Shown here: positions 28,854-40,345 of the stretch, one piece after another
Numbering within the stretch: the first letter of the stretch is position 1
Layout: every line of letters starts with the position of its first letter
Source: Calditrichia bacterium
Lineage (GTDB): Bacteria; Calditrichota; Calditrichia; JAJRVZ01
Assembly: GCA_963796965.1 (NCBI GenBank)
Contig: CAWCNS010000009.1
Span: 672,001 to 736,000, forward strand
Direction: 5' to 3'
DNA length: 64,000 nucleotides
Made by a program: the position numbers and the translations under genes
Notes under the pieces: model-generated
Told to the model about the DNA's origin: nothing
What the model saw: the letters and a program-made list of their open reading frames with translations, nothing else
The model's database searches: none

Positions 28854-31800
28854 CTATATTTTTGAATCAAGGACTTCACGCACCTTTTTAGCCAAAGCCT
28901 GCATTGTATATGGTTTTTGTAAAAAATTGATTCCTTTATCTAGTGAACCACTACTTGTAATGTGATCTTCGGTATACCCAGATGTGAATAATATTTTTGT
29001 ATCTGGTACTATTTTATTTGCTTCAATGGCCAGTTCTTTTCCGTTCATTTCTGGCATAATTAAATCGGTTATGATTAGCTCAATCCCTTTCTTTTTATCT
29101 TGAAGTACATCAACTGCTTTTTTACCATTAATAGCCTGGATAACCGAGTATCCGAGATCCTTGAGGGCAGTGCAGACAAAATTACGAACGCCTTCATCAT
29201 CTTCAACAACAAGAATTGACTCATTGCCCAAGAGGGCTACTTTGGGCAGTATTTGAGTTTCTTCCGAAGCCCTATTCTCAGTACTGGCCGGCCAGAATAT
29301 TTTAATTGTGGAACCTAACCCAGCCTCACTAAAGGCATATATACTGCCTTTATTCTGCTTAACAATACCATAAACAGTTGACATCCCTAATCCAGTGCCC
29401 AAACCTTTTTCTTTTGTTGTAAAAAAGGGTTCGAAAATTTTTTCTTTTATTTCATCACCCATACCAATACCGGTATCACTTACAGTAAGGACCACGTGGG
29501 GACCCGTATGGCTTCCGTTATGCTTGACTACGAATGATTCATCTAAAAGAACAAAGCCTGTTTCTATTAGAATTTTTTTATCTGCTGCTTTTTCTGTTTT
29601 CTCATTTATCGCATCCCTGGCGTTTAAAATCAGATTCATCAAAATTTGTTCTATCTGACCAGGATCTGCCTTAATTAACGGAATATCTGAACGCAGATTT
29701 GTTTCAATATTAATATCTTCCCCAATTAACCGCCTTAGCATTTTATCCAGGCTTGAAATGGCACGGTTAATTTCTATTATTCTAGGTGCATATATTTGCT
29801 TACGGCTAAATGCTAATAATTGGCTAGTTAGATTTTTAGCTCGTTTTCCAGCACTCAGGATAGAGATAATATCTTTATGAGATGGATGTTCACTTTCCAA
29901 ATTCATCATTGACATTTCAGCATGTCCATTTATTACCGTTAGGAGATTATTGAAATCATGTGCTATTCCCCCAGCCAAAGTACCGACAGCCTCAAGCTTT
30001 TGAGATTGTCTTAGTTGCTCTTCCAATTTTTTTCTATCTGTGATATCCATCTGAATACCCCAGATTGCCAGGAGTTGCTCGTCTCTCAATACACCAAAAT
30101 ATGAGTTTCTAAAGTGGTGCATATTTCCCTTTGAATCCTTTTCCCGGGTTTCAATCATTTCGGTTTTGAAACCATTTACAATAAAGGTTTCCATTCTATC
30201 TGTAGATGCACTAAAATCATCGCTAAATTCCCGAGGACATTTGCCAATAAATTCTTCACGGGAGGGAAAACTATACATTTGTGCTAAAGCATCATTGCAA
30301 TCGGAAATTACCGAGTTATTTAAAATTTGGTTCGCTATCTCTTCTTCTTGTAAACTTATGGGAATCGGGACATCAAATTCTATTTTCCAAATACCAACAA
30401 GGCTATTTTGGATAAAATGTTCATATTGCATATTTAACTCATTTACCCGATCCTGAGCGATTTTCCGTTCTTCTACTTCCCGTTGTAAATTATTGTACAG
30501 CTGTGCATTTTTGAGGGCAGCAGAAGCAAATGAGGCAAATGTTTCAGCCAAAGAGAGTTCTTCTTTTGTAAAATTTACATGCATTCTACTTAAACACATA
30601 GCCCCAATAACTTTATCTTCAATAAGAAATGGAGCAACCATTATCCGCTCTTCAAATTCCTCGGGAGTACCTGGGATCTGTTGTCCCACCGACTCTGGAC
30701 CGGTTTCATTAAATATTAAACCCTTTTTTGATTTAACAGCCTCTCCTGTAAAACTATTATCCATATCCAATGGCGTTACCATTACTTGATCTTGATATTC
30801 CGGATCGATGGCAATTACTGGTCTGAGGGTTTTTAGATTTTTTTCGAGGAGGTATAGAGCACAGCTTTTTGTGTTGAGGATCTCCATAATACCACTACCA
30901 ATTTCATTCAGGACCTCCTTAATTTCAAGACTCCTGGTCAAATGACGAGCTGTTTTTAGAAGGTTTTCCTGAAATCGCGTTTTATAGAGGAGCGCTTCTT
31001 CAGATTGTTTGAGGTCAGAGATGTCTTCAGACACACAGAGGACACCATCTTTACCATCAGGAAGAGCGATCTTTTTTTCGTTCAATTCCATATAACAGAA
31101 ACTACCATCTTTTCTTTTACTCTTTACAACATGTTTTAAAACCTCACCCGATAATATTCTGTTTATATTCTTCTTAATAATATTAATGTCATCAATATGA
31201 GCAATTAAATCGACATTTTTACCTATAAGTTCCTTACGTTCATATCCGAGAGAATTACAAAAGGCGGGATTAACTTCGATGATTTTTCCATCTGAATCTT
31301 CAATTAGAATTCCGCTTGGGGATAGTTGGAAAAGCGTGTGATAGTATTCTTCTCTCTCACCAATTTTTCTTTCAACAACTTTGCGCTCTTCAATATTTCT
31401 AAGATTGGCCTGAACAGCATCAACCTGATTTCCATTTCTTATAAGTACAGCTCGTATTTCATATGGGACAACATTTTTATTCTTATGAATGATCTCAATC
31501 TCAAACATGGGGACGAAAACACCTGAAGTAATTTTTTTCAGGGAGGAATATGCCATTGTTGCAGAATCATCGGATAATATTCTGGTTTCAGATAAACTTC
31601 TTCCTATAATTTCTTGCCTTGAATAACCACTTTCCTTTACAAACCGATCATTTATATCTAGAAAAGTACCTGTCTTATCGATGATAACAATCAAATCCGC
31701 AGCATTATGAAAATATTTTTCATATTTGTTATCAGATTTGGCAAATGCAGTAGGTCGGCTCACTTTCACATGAGTCTTTTTATGATGCGTATCATCAGCT

Positions 31801-31892
31801 AATCTTTTATCGCCAAGATCTATTTTTAACTGTGTGTTCTTTTCACTCAAAATATTTCTCGTATTTATAAAATCACTCGGTTTGCCAATCAA
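28854..31892 (-). CDS. Hybrid sensor histidine kinase (PAS-PAS-GAF-PAS-HisKA-HATPase-REC)
   Basis: [43 protein letters not shown]; receiver VVEDD/TDLIMP/QKPY. Confidence 0.92.
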   Translation of the reverse strand: MIGKPSDFINTRNILSEKNTQLKIDLGDKRLADDTHHKKTHVKVSRPTAFAKSDNKYEKYFHNAADLIVIIDKTGTFLDINDRFVKESGYSRQEIIGRSLSETRILSDDSATMAYSSLKKITSGVFVPMFEIEIIHKNKNVVPYEIRAVLIRNGNQVDAVQANLRNIEERKVVERKIGEREEYYHTLFQLSPSGILIEDSDGKIIEVNPAFCNSLGYERKELIGKNVDLIAHIDDINIIKKNINRILSGEVLKHVVKSKRKDGSFCYMELNEKKIALPDGKDGVLCVSEDISDLKQSEEALLYKTRFQENLLKTARHLTRSLEIKEVLNEIGSGIMEILNTKSCALYLLEKNLKTLRPVIAIDPEYQDQVMVTPLDMDNSFTGEAVKSKKGLIFNETGPESVGQQIPGTPEEFEERIMVAPFLIEDKVIGAMCLSRMHVNFTKEELSLAETFASFASAALKNAQLYNNLQREVEERKIAQDRVNELNMQYEHFIQNSLVGIWKIEFDVPIPISLQEEEIANQILNNSVISDCNDALAQMYSFPSREEFIGKCPREFSDDFSASTDRMETFIVNGFKTEMIETREKDSKGNMHHFRNSYFGVLRDEQLLAIWGIQMDITDRKKLEEQLRQSQKLEAVGTLAGGIAHDFNNLLTVINGHAEMSMMNLESEHPSHKDIISILSAGKRAKNLTSQLLAFSRKQIYAPRIIEINRAISSLDKMLRRLIGEDINIETNLRSDIPLIKADPGQIEQILMNLILNARDAINEKTEKAADKKILIETGFVLLDESFVVKHNGSHTGPHVVLTVSDTGIGMGDEIKEKIFEPFFTTKEKGLGTGLGMSTVYGIVKQNKGSIYAFSEAGLGSTIKIFWPASTENRASEETQILPKVALLGNESILVVEDDEGVRNFVCTALKDLGYSVIQAINGKKAVDVLQDKKKGIELIITDLIMPEMNGKELAIEANKIVPDTKILFTSGYTEDHITSSGSLDKGINFLQKPYTMQALAKKVREVLDSKI

Positions 31893-32265
31893 TCTGATAC
31901 TATTTTATTTCCTTTTTTGTCACAATACTAACGTAATTCAATATACCATCTGAATTTTCCTACTATTTTCTTATTACCAGAAAATCGTAATATTCTTTTT
32001 GTATAATAATCGGATATATTCAACTAAACCTTAGTGGACATTCAATTTAGTTCACTATTTAAATGGCGCTAAGAAGAGGTGGAACTGACACGATATAAGT
32101 ATTATAGTATACTTTAATGCTATGTAAATATGACATCTGCTATAATTAATTCAGCAGAATTTTCATCAGCAATTAATTTTTCCTAAATTTCTGAGAGATC
32201 ATACACTATTGCGGAGTGATTAATAAAGTTATCACAAAATTTTTATTTATCTGTGGAGATATCAA

Positions 32266-33966
32266 ATGGACAAATCTATATTTTCATTTCTGGCGATTTT
32301 ACCAATCTTATTTGTTATTATTTCTTGTAACCGGCAAATGCCTTATCCCCTATCAGATGAGGGATTCCAAATATTCCTGAATGAATATGAAACAGCCGTT
32401 GAGCCCCTTTTGACGAAGCAAAATCAAGCACAATGGGATGCCTATATTACCGGAAAAGATGAATTTTTTAGAAATTCAACAGAATTATCTTTAGCACTAG
32501 ATCAGATTCACCAGAACAAACAGCATTTTCTCTACCTCAAAGAATTGCAAAAAGAGAACCTTCTCTCCACTCCTCTTCTTAAAAGACAACTGGAAGTTGT
32601 ATTCCCGGCCTATTTAAGTAAGCAGATCGATCCAAAACTCAATGAAAGAATTACTGAAATAGCTTCAAAAATTGAGAAAATCTATGCAAACTTTAGAACG
32701 GTGGTAGAGAATAAGAAATATTCAGATAATCAAGTTACCAAACTGCTTCAGAATGAAAAGAATCTTAAAGTGAGAGAAACCATATGGCGGGCACAAAAGG
32801 GTCTTGGCGATAAAGTAGCGAAAGATCTGGTACAATTAGCCAAACTAAGGAATGAGGCGGCAAAGGAACTGGGATTTCCAAACTATTATTATATGGCCAT
32901 GGAACTAAGAGAACTTAATCCAACCGATGTTGAAACTGTTTTTAATGAGCTTTATTCTCTAACACAGCAACCCTTCGATCAACTCCATTCTGAAATTGAA
33001 TCTGTTTTTTCTCGAAGATATGGTATAAAAAAATCCGAAATTCGCCCCTGGCATTATGAAGATTTATTTGCACAATCTGCTCCAGCAATATTAGAAATAA
33101 ATCTAGATAACTACTACAAAGATATTGACATTCCAGAAACAGCCAATACTTTTTATCTATCGGCAGGGATACCGGTAGATGATATTCTTAGTAGAAGCGA
33201 TTTATACGAGCGGGAAGGGAAGAGTCAACATGCTTTTTCATTTTTCATCGACCGTAAGGATGATATAAGAATTCTATGCAATATTGTTCCAAATGAACGC
33301 TGGATGGGGACCATGCTCCATGAATTGGGACATGCAATTTACGATAAATATCTTGACCCTGATCTACCCTTTCTACTTAGAGAGCCTGCCCATCAATTTA
33401 CCACAGAAGGGGTTGCCATGTTTTTTGGAAGTTATTCTTCTAACTCTTATTGGATGAACAATGCATTGCAAATATCCAAATCACAATTGGAAAAGATTCA
33501 GACTGTTTCCCGAGCCAACTTAAGATTATCAAAATTAATTTTCGCCCGTTGGAGCATGGTTGTTTTAAATTTTGAGAAAATGTTTTATGAAAATCCGGAT
33601 CAGGATTTAAATACATTATGGTGGGATTTGGTGGAAAAATATCAGAAAATTAAACGACCCGAAAAACCAGTTGGTAACGAATGGGCCACGAAGTTACATA
33701 TTGCCACCTATCCTGTATACTACCAGAATTATCAACTTGGTGAATTATTTGCCTCCCAAATCCTCAATTATGTTGCTGAAAATTATTACCCTGGACGGGA
33801 ACTCGAAGAAGTAACTTTCTGGAATAATCAGGACGCGGGTGATTATCTAAAAGAAAAAATATTTAATCCCGGTAAACAATTACCCTGGAATGAAATGATC
33901 AAGCAAGCTACGGGAGAAATATTGAGCGCCAAATCTTTTGTTAATCAATATGTTTCTGTAAAGTAG
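32266..33966 (+). CDS. M2/M3-like gluzincin metallopeptidase (peptidyl-dipeptidase A-like), lipoprotein
   Basis: Lipobox IISC; RNEAAKELGFPNYY, SDLYEREGKSQHAF, HELGH, TEGVAM, PVYYQNY. Confidence 0.82.
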   Translation: MDKSIFSFLAILPILFVIISCNRQMPYPLSDEGFQIFLNEYETAVEPLLTKQNQAQWDAYITGKDEFFRNSTELSLALDQIHQNKQHFLYLKELQKENLLSTPLLKRQLEVVFPAYLSKQIDPKLNERITEIASKIEKIYANFRTVVENKKYSDNQVTKLLQNEKNLKVRETIWRAQKGLGDKVAKDLVQLAKLRNEAAKELGFPNYYYMAMELRELNPTDVETVFNELYSLTQQPFDQLHSEIESVFSRRYGIKKSEIRPWHYEDLFAQSAPAILEINLDNYYKDIDIPETANTFYLSAGIPVDDILSRSDLYEREGKSQHAFSFFIDRKDDIRILCNIVPNERWMGTMLHELGHAIYDKYLDPDLPFLLREPAHQFTTEGVAMFFGSYSSNSYWMNNALQISKSQLEKIQTVSRANLRLSKLIFARWSMVVLNFEKMFYENPDQDLNTLWWDLVEKYQKIKRPEKPVGNEWATKLHIATYPVYYQNYQLGELFASQILNYVAENYYPGRELEEVTFWNNQDAGDYLKEKIFNPGKQLPWNEMIKQATGEILSAKSFVNQYVSVK

Positions 33967-34072
33967 AAATTATAAAAGGGCTAAACTTAGAGAAATACAT
34001 TCTCACCATTTAATCCTTTATGAGATATTAAAGTATGATGTATAAAGTCATTTTAATAATAAAGGTATAACT

Positions 34073-36151
34073 ATGAGATATATATCCTGCCTCTTCATAA
34101 TGTTTTTTCTTTTTTCTTGTGTGAACAAAACAGAAAGTGATTTAAGGCCCATGTGGATTGTAAAATCTATCGATAATTTACAGCAAGAACTTGTAAAAAT
34201 GCATGGCAATGATCAAAAAGACCGCATCAGGCAGGGTCTTGTTCAGGTTGCCAATTATTGGCGATCAGAGGATGGAGAGCAGGCAGTATTTGAAACATTT
34301 ATCAGAGATAACTACGCCGGGGACCCGAAAACACGTGATGCCATGTTTCTTCGATTTCAAGATCATATGGAAAATTTAAATGGTCATATGGACCGGATTA
34401 CCCTTAATTTTCGCTGGCAAGCCGATTTGGACATTGGACCAGTACACCCCTTCGATGAGCTATTTGCTGCATACAATCCTGCCGCCCATGTCAGTTCCGA
34501 TTTTTTTGATAATAAGCTGGCTTTCATTGCCCTATTAAACTTCCCTCTAAGTACCCTGGAAGAACATTCAAGTTCAGGCAGCGTCTGGACACGTCGTCAA
34601 TGGGCAGAGAGAAGACTCGCCTCGTCATATGCCAAACGACTTCCCGCCCACATTAGTATGGAACTTAGCCGTGTGGGATCAATATCAGAAAGTTATATTG
34701 CCAATTACAATATCTGGATGCATCATTTAATTGATGAGAGCAAACAACGTTTATTTCCACCAAACCTGAGATTGCTCTCCCATTGGAATCTGAGGGATGA
34801 AATTCGGGCACAATATGCCAAGGGAAATGAAGGACTCGATCGGCAAAAAATGATTCAACGGGTCATGGAAAGAATTGTTGACCAGTCCATTCCTCAGGCG
34901 GTGATCAATAACCCGGCTTTGGACTGGAATCCCTTTACAAATAAAGTTTCACCAGCAAAAGTACAAGATACTGAAATCACGGATCAAATGTCAAAAGATA
35001 TATCGGGCAAACCAGAGCCCAATACACGTTACACGATGCTTCAAAAAAACTTTATCTGTCAGAAACAAGCAGATCCTTATTGGCCAACTATGCCCAATTT
35101 TATTCAGCGGCGTTTTGATCTTAGCCGGGAGATTCCGGAACTTCGTGTAACCGAGATTTTTGACAATCTTCTAACTTCCGAGAATTTTAAATCAGTATGT
35201 AATATTATAAAAATACGTTTAGGACGTGATTTGGAGCCATTCGACATATGGTATAATGGTTTTAAATCACGTGCTAATTTCTCTGAGGAAAAATTAAACA
35301 AACTTGTTTCTCAAAGATACCCCACCCCTCAGAGTTTTGAAAAGGACATTCCAAGAATATTGAGGGATCTGGATTTCCCCCGGAACCGTGTTTCTGAAAT
35401 TGCGAATTTAATCGTCGTTGATCCGGCCAGAGGATCCGGCCATGCCTGGGGCGCACAGATGCGTGGGGCTACAACACATTTGCGAACAAGAGTTGGCGCT
35501 GAGGGTATGGATTATAAGGGTTATAATATTGCCGTTCACGAGCTTGGTCATAATGTTGAGCAAGTCATATCAATTAACAACATTGATTACACTATATTAT
35601 CAGGTGTTCCCAATAATGCTTTTACCGAAGCCATGGCTTTTATCTTCCAGGCCAGGGATCTTGAATTACTTGGACTTCAGCAGCGTGACGAGCTTGGCAA
35701 GGCCATGCATACCTTAAGTGATTTTTGGGCGACCTGTGAGATTGCCGCTGTGGCCCTGGTGGACAATGCCGTCTGGCATTGGATGTATGATCATCCTCAG
35801 GCCACTCCCTCAGAACTTCGCAACGCCACATTGCGAATTGCCCGGGAGACCTGGAATCAGTACTTTGCTCCTGTTTTTGGCCTTAAGGATGCCACTCTTT
35901 TAGGAATTTATTCGCATATGATATCTTATCCCCTCTATTTAACTGATTATCCCCTGGGACATTTAATAGCCTATCAGATTGAAGAGCAGATAGAAAAGAG
36001 TGGAAAGGTAGGTCCTGAATTTGACCGGATGGCTAGAATAGGCAAGCTTGGACCAGATCTCTGGATGATAAAAGCTACAGGTAATAGAATTGAAGCAGAA
36101 GCTCTACAAACTGCCACGCGTTTGGCTATCACGAAAATAGGAATAAAGTAA
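34073..36151 (+). CDS. Uncharacterised gluzincin-like lipoprotein
   Basis: Lipobox LFSC; VHELGHNVEQ followed by AFTEAMA (third Zn ligand), HMISYPLYL. Confidence 0.65.
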   Translation: MRYISCLFIMFFLFSCVNKTESDLRPMWIVKSIDNLQQELVKMHGNDQKDRIRQGLVQVANYWRSEDGEQAVFETFIRDNYAGDPKTRDAMFLRFQDHMENLNGHMDRITLNFRWQADLDIGPVHPFDELFAAYNPAAHVSSDFFDNKLAFIALLNFPLSTLEEHSSSGSVWTRRQWAERRLASSYAKRLPAHISMELSRVGSISESYIANYNIWMHHLIDESKQRLFPPNLRLLSHWNLRDEIRAQYAKGNEGLDRQKMIQRVMERIVDQSIPQAVINNPALDWNPFTNKVSPAKVQDTEITDQMSKDISGKPEPNTRYTMLQKNFICQKQADPYWPTMPNFIQRRFDLSREIPELRVTEIFDNLLTSENFKSVCNIIKIRLGRDLEPFDIWYNGFKSRANFSEEKLNKLVSQRYPTPQSFEKDIPRILRDLDFPRNRVSEIANLIVVDPARGSGHAWGAQMRGATTHLRTRVGAEGMDYKGYNIAVHELGHNVEQVISINNIDYTILSGVPNNAFTEAMAFIFQARDLELLGLQQRDELGKAMHTLSDFWATCEIAAVALVDNAVWHWMYDHPQATPSELRNATLRIARETWNQYFAPVFGLKDATLLGIYSHMISYPLYLTDYPLGHLIAYQIEEQIEKSGKVGPEFDRMARIGKLGPDLWMIKATGNRIEAEALQTATRLAITKIGIK

Positions 36152-36237
36152 AATCTCTAACTCGATGGTTTAAAAAAAAGATAAGATCTATTCATCTTAG
36201 ATACAATATTAAATTCTATTTGTTATTAATGCTGTTT

Positions 36238-38557
36238 TCAGACAGACTTTTTATTATTTCTCTCAGCATTTTTGATATACCTGGGTAATTTAATTTCAAC
36301 TGTAGTACCTTTCATATAAGTACTTTGTATAGATATGTCCCCATTAAACTCTTTAAGAATCTCTTGAACAATTGAGAGTCCCAAACCTGTTCCTTCGCCT
36401 AATTTTTTGGTCGTATAAAATGACTTAAAGATTTCGCCTATCAGTTCTGATTTAATTCCTATTCCATTATCAATGATTTCAATCATGGTACTATTTTCTT
36501 TTTTATAAGTTCGGATGATGATTTGTTTTTCAATCGACTTCTGAATTTTTTTATCTTTAGTAACTATGGCATCTTTGGCATTTGAAACAACATTGATTAA
36601 AATCTGTTCCAGTTTATAAGGGTTACCTTTAATATTCCCGATATTCTTTTTCAAATCAAGATTTAAGACAATTCCATGTTTCACAAATTGTTTTCCAATC
36701 ATTGATAGTGCATCATCTATCACAAGATTGACATTGAACAACTTGTTCACATAGATTTTTTGTTGGCTTGAAAATGTACGTACATGATCGATGATCTGCT
36801 TAATGCGCTCAATATCCAAATAGATTTCTTCAATACTATCAAGTAGAGATTTATCAATTAATCCGGATTCACGCATATATAATTCAACATATTCTGCACA
36901 AAGTTTCAGATCCTGCAATGGCTGGTTAATTTCGTGGGCCATACTTGCTGCCAATTCTCCCAGTGAGGAAAGACTTGCCTGATGAAAGATAATTTTTTGC
37001 TGTTCCTCCTGATCCTTCATTGCCTGTTCAATTCTTTTCTCCAACATAATATTTGCTCTTTTTTTTACCTGAAATCTACTATATCCCCAAAAAGTTATAA
37101 GAGAAAACAAGGTAAGACTAAGGGCTGTTAACCAGCGTATCAGTTTACCCCTTTCAAGTTCCAAGCCCTGAATATGGATTTTATCCAAAAGAATTTGTTT
37201 TTGTTTTTCTTGTTTACCTTTCTCATAGCGCATCTGCATCTCAGCAATATTATGACTACTTTGAGTAGTAATACTATCCCTTAGTTGAGAAAATCGCATC
37301 AGGTATTCATACGCCTTTTGATAGTTATTGGTAGCAGCATAATAATCAGAAAACGCCTTAAGATTATCTAGTACCTAGATCTTGAGCCTCAATATCTAAA
37401 GCAATGGAAAGACTATTCTTTAAATATGATACTGCCGTCGTATATTGTTGTGTGCCAATATAATACAGACCAAGATGGTTTAGAATTTGCGTGTTTCTCC
37501 ATTTCTCCTCGATTGATTCAGAAATTGATAAAGTCTTGGTGGAATAATAGAGAGCCTTATTAAAATTATTTTGTTTATAATAAATAAATCCAATATTATC
37601 ATAGGACATGCAAATTCCAATTTTCGATTTTGTCTTTAAATTTATAGCTAACCCTTCTGAAAAATATTTCAATGCACCAGAATAGTTTTTTTTTGATGAT
37701 TTTACAATTCCTATATTATTCAAAATACTTGCCACTAAGGCATCATCACCACAGTCCTTAGCAATTGACAATGCTTTGAAATTATACTCCAGTGATTGTC
37801 TATAGTTTTTTAGTTCTTGATAAGTCATCCCTACCGCATGAGTTGACATTGCTAGTATTTTATTATTACTAATTTGTTCACAAAGATTTATGGCTTGAAG
37901 GTAGAACTCGATAGATTTATCATACATTGACAAACCACTGTAGTCGGCACCTAAAGAATAAAATGATCCCGCAATGGATTCTCTATCATTAAGTTTTTTA
38001 TAAAGATCTAATGACTTGTAGTGATAATTTAAAGCTTCATTAAAATTACTTTGTGCGTAATGAATTGAACCCAAAGCGTCTTGAGCTAAAGCTTTCCAGT
38101 CTTCTTCATTATTTAGACTACTTATTTTTTCTAACTCTTTAAAGAATTTCAGGGATGACTTATATTTTGATAAGAGATACTGATTTTTACCTAATTCAAA
38201 AAGGATGGGCAGATGATTAAATCTCAATTCAAGATCAGATTTACCTTCTACTACATCCATTAACAGGGTTTCAGCTTTATTGTAGTTGCCACTCAAGTTA
38301 TATGTCTTTCCTATTAAATAAATAGAATAATTTAACGCTTTTTGATTATTGAGTTTCCTTGCTAATTTTGCAGCTTGATGGGACAATAATATCGCGGAAT
38401 CAACAAAAGTGTCCATATATTCTTCAGCTAATTCGTGCAGGATATTAACTTTCTCAAGACCAGAAACTTTATCCAATTGAATTTTTAATGAATCAATTCT
38501 TGCACTGCTATAAACTAAAATAGGGGTAAATAATATTAGTGCTATTATTTTGTGCAT
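36238..38557 (-). CDS. TPR-repeat membrane sensor histidine kinase (+1 frameshift near 37374)
   Basis: ORF 37364..38557 (signal peptide, TPRs) joins 36238..37299 (TM, AHEINQPL, NAKDA, DNGIG, GTGLGL) on removal of one base: QDL-VLDNLKAFSDYY... Confidence 0.82.
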
Positions 38558-38637
38558 AATTTCTCCCGAAATTGAAAAGGAATTCCAAAAAAAACAAGAA
38601 ATTCAAATTATTTATCCATTATTATAAATAACATGGC

Positions 38638-38653
38638 GCATAAATCATGCCAA
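38638..38653 (-). promoter_or_regulatory. Candidate sigma54 (-24/-12) promoter for the TPR histidine kinase
   Basis: Minus strand TTGGCATGATTTATGC = GG-N10-GC, about 80 bp upstream of ATG 38557. Confidence 0.45.
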
Positions 38654-38970
38654 ACAATAGTTTAAGAAACATATAAAATTTATCTTTAATATTTTTGGGA
38701 AATCCTCGACATTGCTTTTATAATCATCAAAAGAATGACTATAATCTCTTTATGTAATTGTAGTAATTGACATCGTTATGATTCCTGTCCGTATTTATAA
38801 AGATATAACACAAGACCCCACAATGCAATCCCTATCAAATCCTCCTGTTCCTTTCTATATAAATTAAAAAAGTAAATTATTTTTGGACATCTCAACTGCT
38901 TACAATAAATTCAGACCTAAAGGATATAGAAGAATGAAATATATATCCAACCAAACGAAAGATAGAGAGT

Positions 38971-39447
38971 ATGAAAGACCGGATCAAAGTTCCCTCTGAC
39001 TCTATTGTTGAGATGACAGAGTTAGTCTTACCAAACGATACGAATTTGTTGGGAAACCTACTCGGTGGCACCCTGATGCATTGGATGGATCTTGCTGCTG
39101 GAATGTCCGCTTCACGCTTTTCCAACCATGTGGTTGTCACCGCCGCTGTTGATCATCTCATCTTTCACCAACCCATTAAATTAGGCGAACTCGTAAACCT
39201 TAAAGCAAAAGTAACATGGGCAGGGCGTACCTCAATGGAAATACTGGTAAAAGTATTTGCTGAAAACACAAAAACTGGTGACCTCAGACTTGCCAATGAG
39301 GCATTTTTTACATTTGTTGCCCTTGATGATAATGCAGCGCCCTGTGCAGTGCCACGTTTAACACTCACAAATGATTCTGAAAAGCATTTATTTGAAGAAG
39401 CTGAGGATCGCCGAATGGAAAGGTTGAATAGAAAAAACCGGACATAA
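38971..39447 (+). CDS. Acyl-CoA thioesterase (hotdog fold, YciA-like)
   Basis: VLPNDTNLLGNLLGG, WMDLAA, VVTAAVD, GRTSMEI, FTFVALD. Confidence 0.9.
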   Translation: MKDRIKVPSDSIVEMTELVLPNDTNLLGNLLGGTLMHWMDLAAGMSASRFSNHVVVTAAVDHLIFHQPIKLGELVNLKAKVTWAGRTSMEILVKVFAENTKTGDLRLANEAFFTFVALDDNAAPCAVPRLTLTNDSEKHLFEEAEDRRMERLNRKNRT

Positions 39448-39561
39448 TAATTTCCTTAAGTTAGCCATTACTATTTTGATACCCGGGGCTAAAGATCTTA
39501 TTGTATGTCTGAATAAAATATTGTATTTTTCAGTATACTTACTCTGAATATTATAATCCAA

Positions 39562-40296
39562 ATGAAAAACAATTTGTCACTCTCTCTGTTTATTCCCTGT
39601 CTTGTAGATCAGGTTTATCCTGAAATTGGTATCGCAATGGCCAAGGTTCTAAAGCACCTCGGCTGCCAAATATCTTACAATAATCAACAAACATGTTGCG
39701 GCCAACCTGCTTTTAATGCCGGGCACAGGAATGAAGCTAAAAAAGTTGCCACCGCCTTTATCAATACATTTAACCCGGCAGAGGCAATTGTCGGCCCCTC
39801 CGGATCATGTACGGCAATGGTTAAAAACTATTATCCAACTCTTTTTCAGGATGATGCGATGCAGGCACCGGCATCACAATTAGGGAAAAAAATATTTGAA
39901 TTTTCTCAATTCATCGCTATTCATAATTTAACAAAAAGTATATCAGGTAGCTACAAAGGACGGATAGGATTTCATAATTCTTGTCATAGTGCTCAGGAAT
40001 TGGGGATTAAAAATGAACCCATTGATATTCTATCCCAAATTGATGATCTCGAAATTATTGTACCAGATCAATTTTCTTGCTGTGGATTTGGCGGACTATT
40101 CTCCTTTAAATTTGATGAAATTGGCAGTACGATGGCCAAAACACGAATTGAAGCGTTTACAAAATCAGATGTTCGTATGGTCGTTACTAATGATCCAGGC
40201 TGCCTCATGCATATGCGTCAAGAAGCAAATTTTCTTAATTTGGACATAGAGTTCTGTCATTTAACTGAATTCCTTGTAAAAGCTATGAAATTATAA
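39562..40296 (+). CDS. lutA: L-lactate utilisation protein A (CCG-domain Fe-S subunit)
   Basis: FIPCLVD, QTCCGQPAFNAG, SGSC, HNSCH, CCGFGG, DPGCLMH. Confidence 0.88.
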   Translation: MKNNLSLSLFIPCLVDQVYPEIGIAMAKVLKHLGCQISYNNQQTCCGQPAFNAGHRNEAKKVATAFINTFNPAEAIVGPSGSCTAMVKNYYPTLFQDDAMQAPASQLGKKIFEFSQFIAIHNLTKSISGSYKGRIGFHNSCHSAQELGIKNEPIDILSQIDDLEIIVPDQFSCCGFGGLFSFKFDEIGSTMAKTRIEAFTKSDVRMVVTNDPGCLMHMRQEANFLNLDIEFCHLTEFLVKAMKL

Positions 40297-40345
40297 TATT
40301 ATTTAGTTGATTAATTTTTAAACACCAGGTTGACTAGTCAAATCT

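Noticed and set aside
31893..31923. Possible eighth A-G insertion extending the hybrid kinase to a GTG near 31923
   Set aside because: Removing a G would open the frame, but there is no homology or RBS evidence that the extension is real.
37300..37380. TPR protein and histidine kinase as two separate genes or a true pseudogene
   Set aside because: One-base removal gives a continuous, typical TPR-TM-HisKA protein, and the lesion matches the window-wide error pattern.
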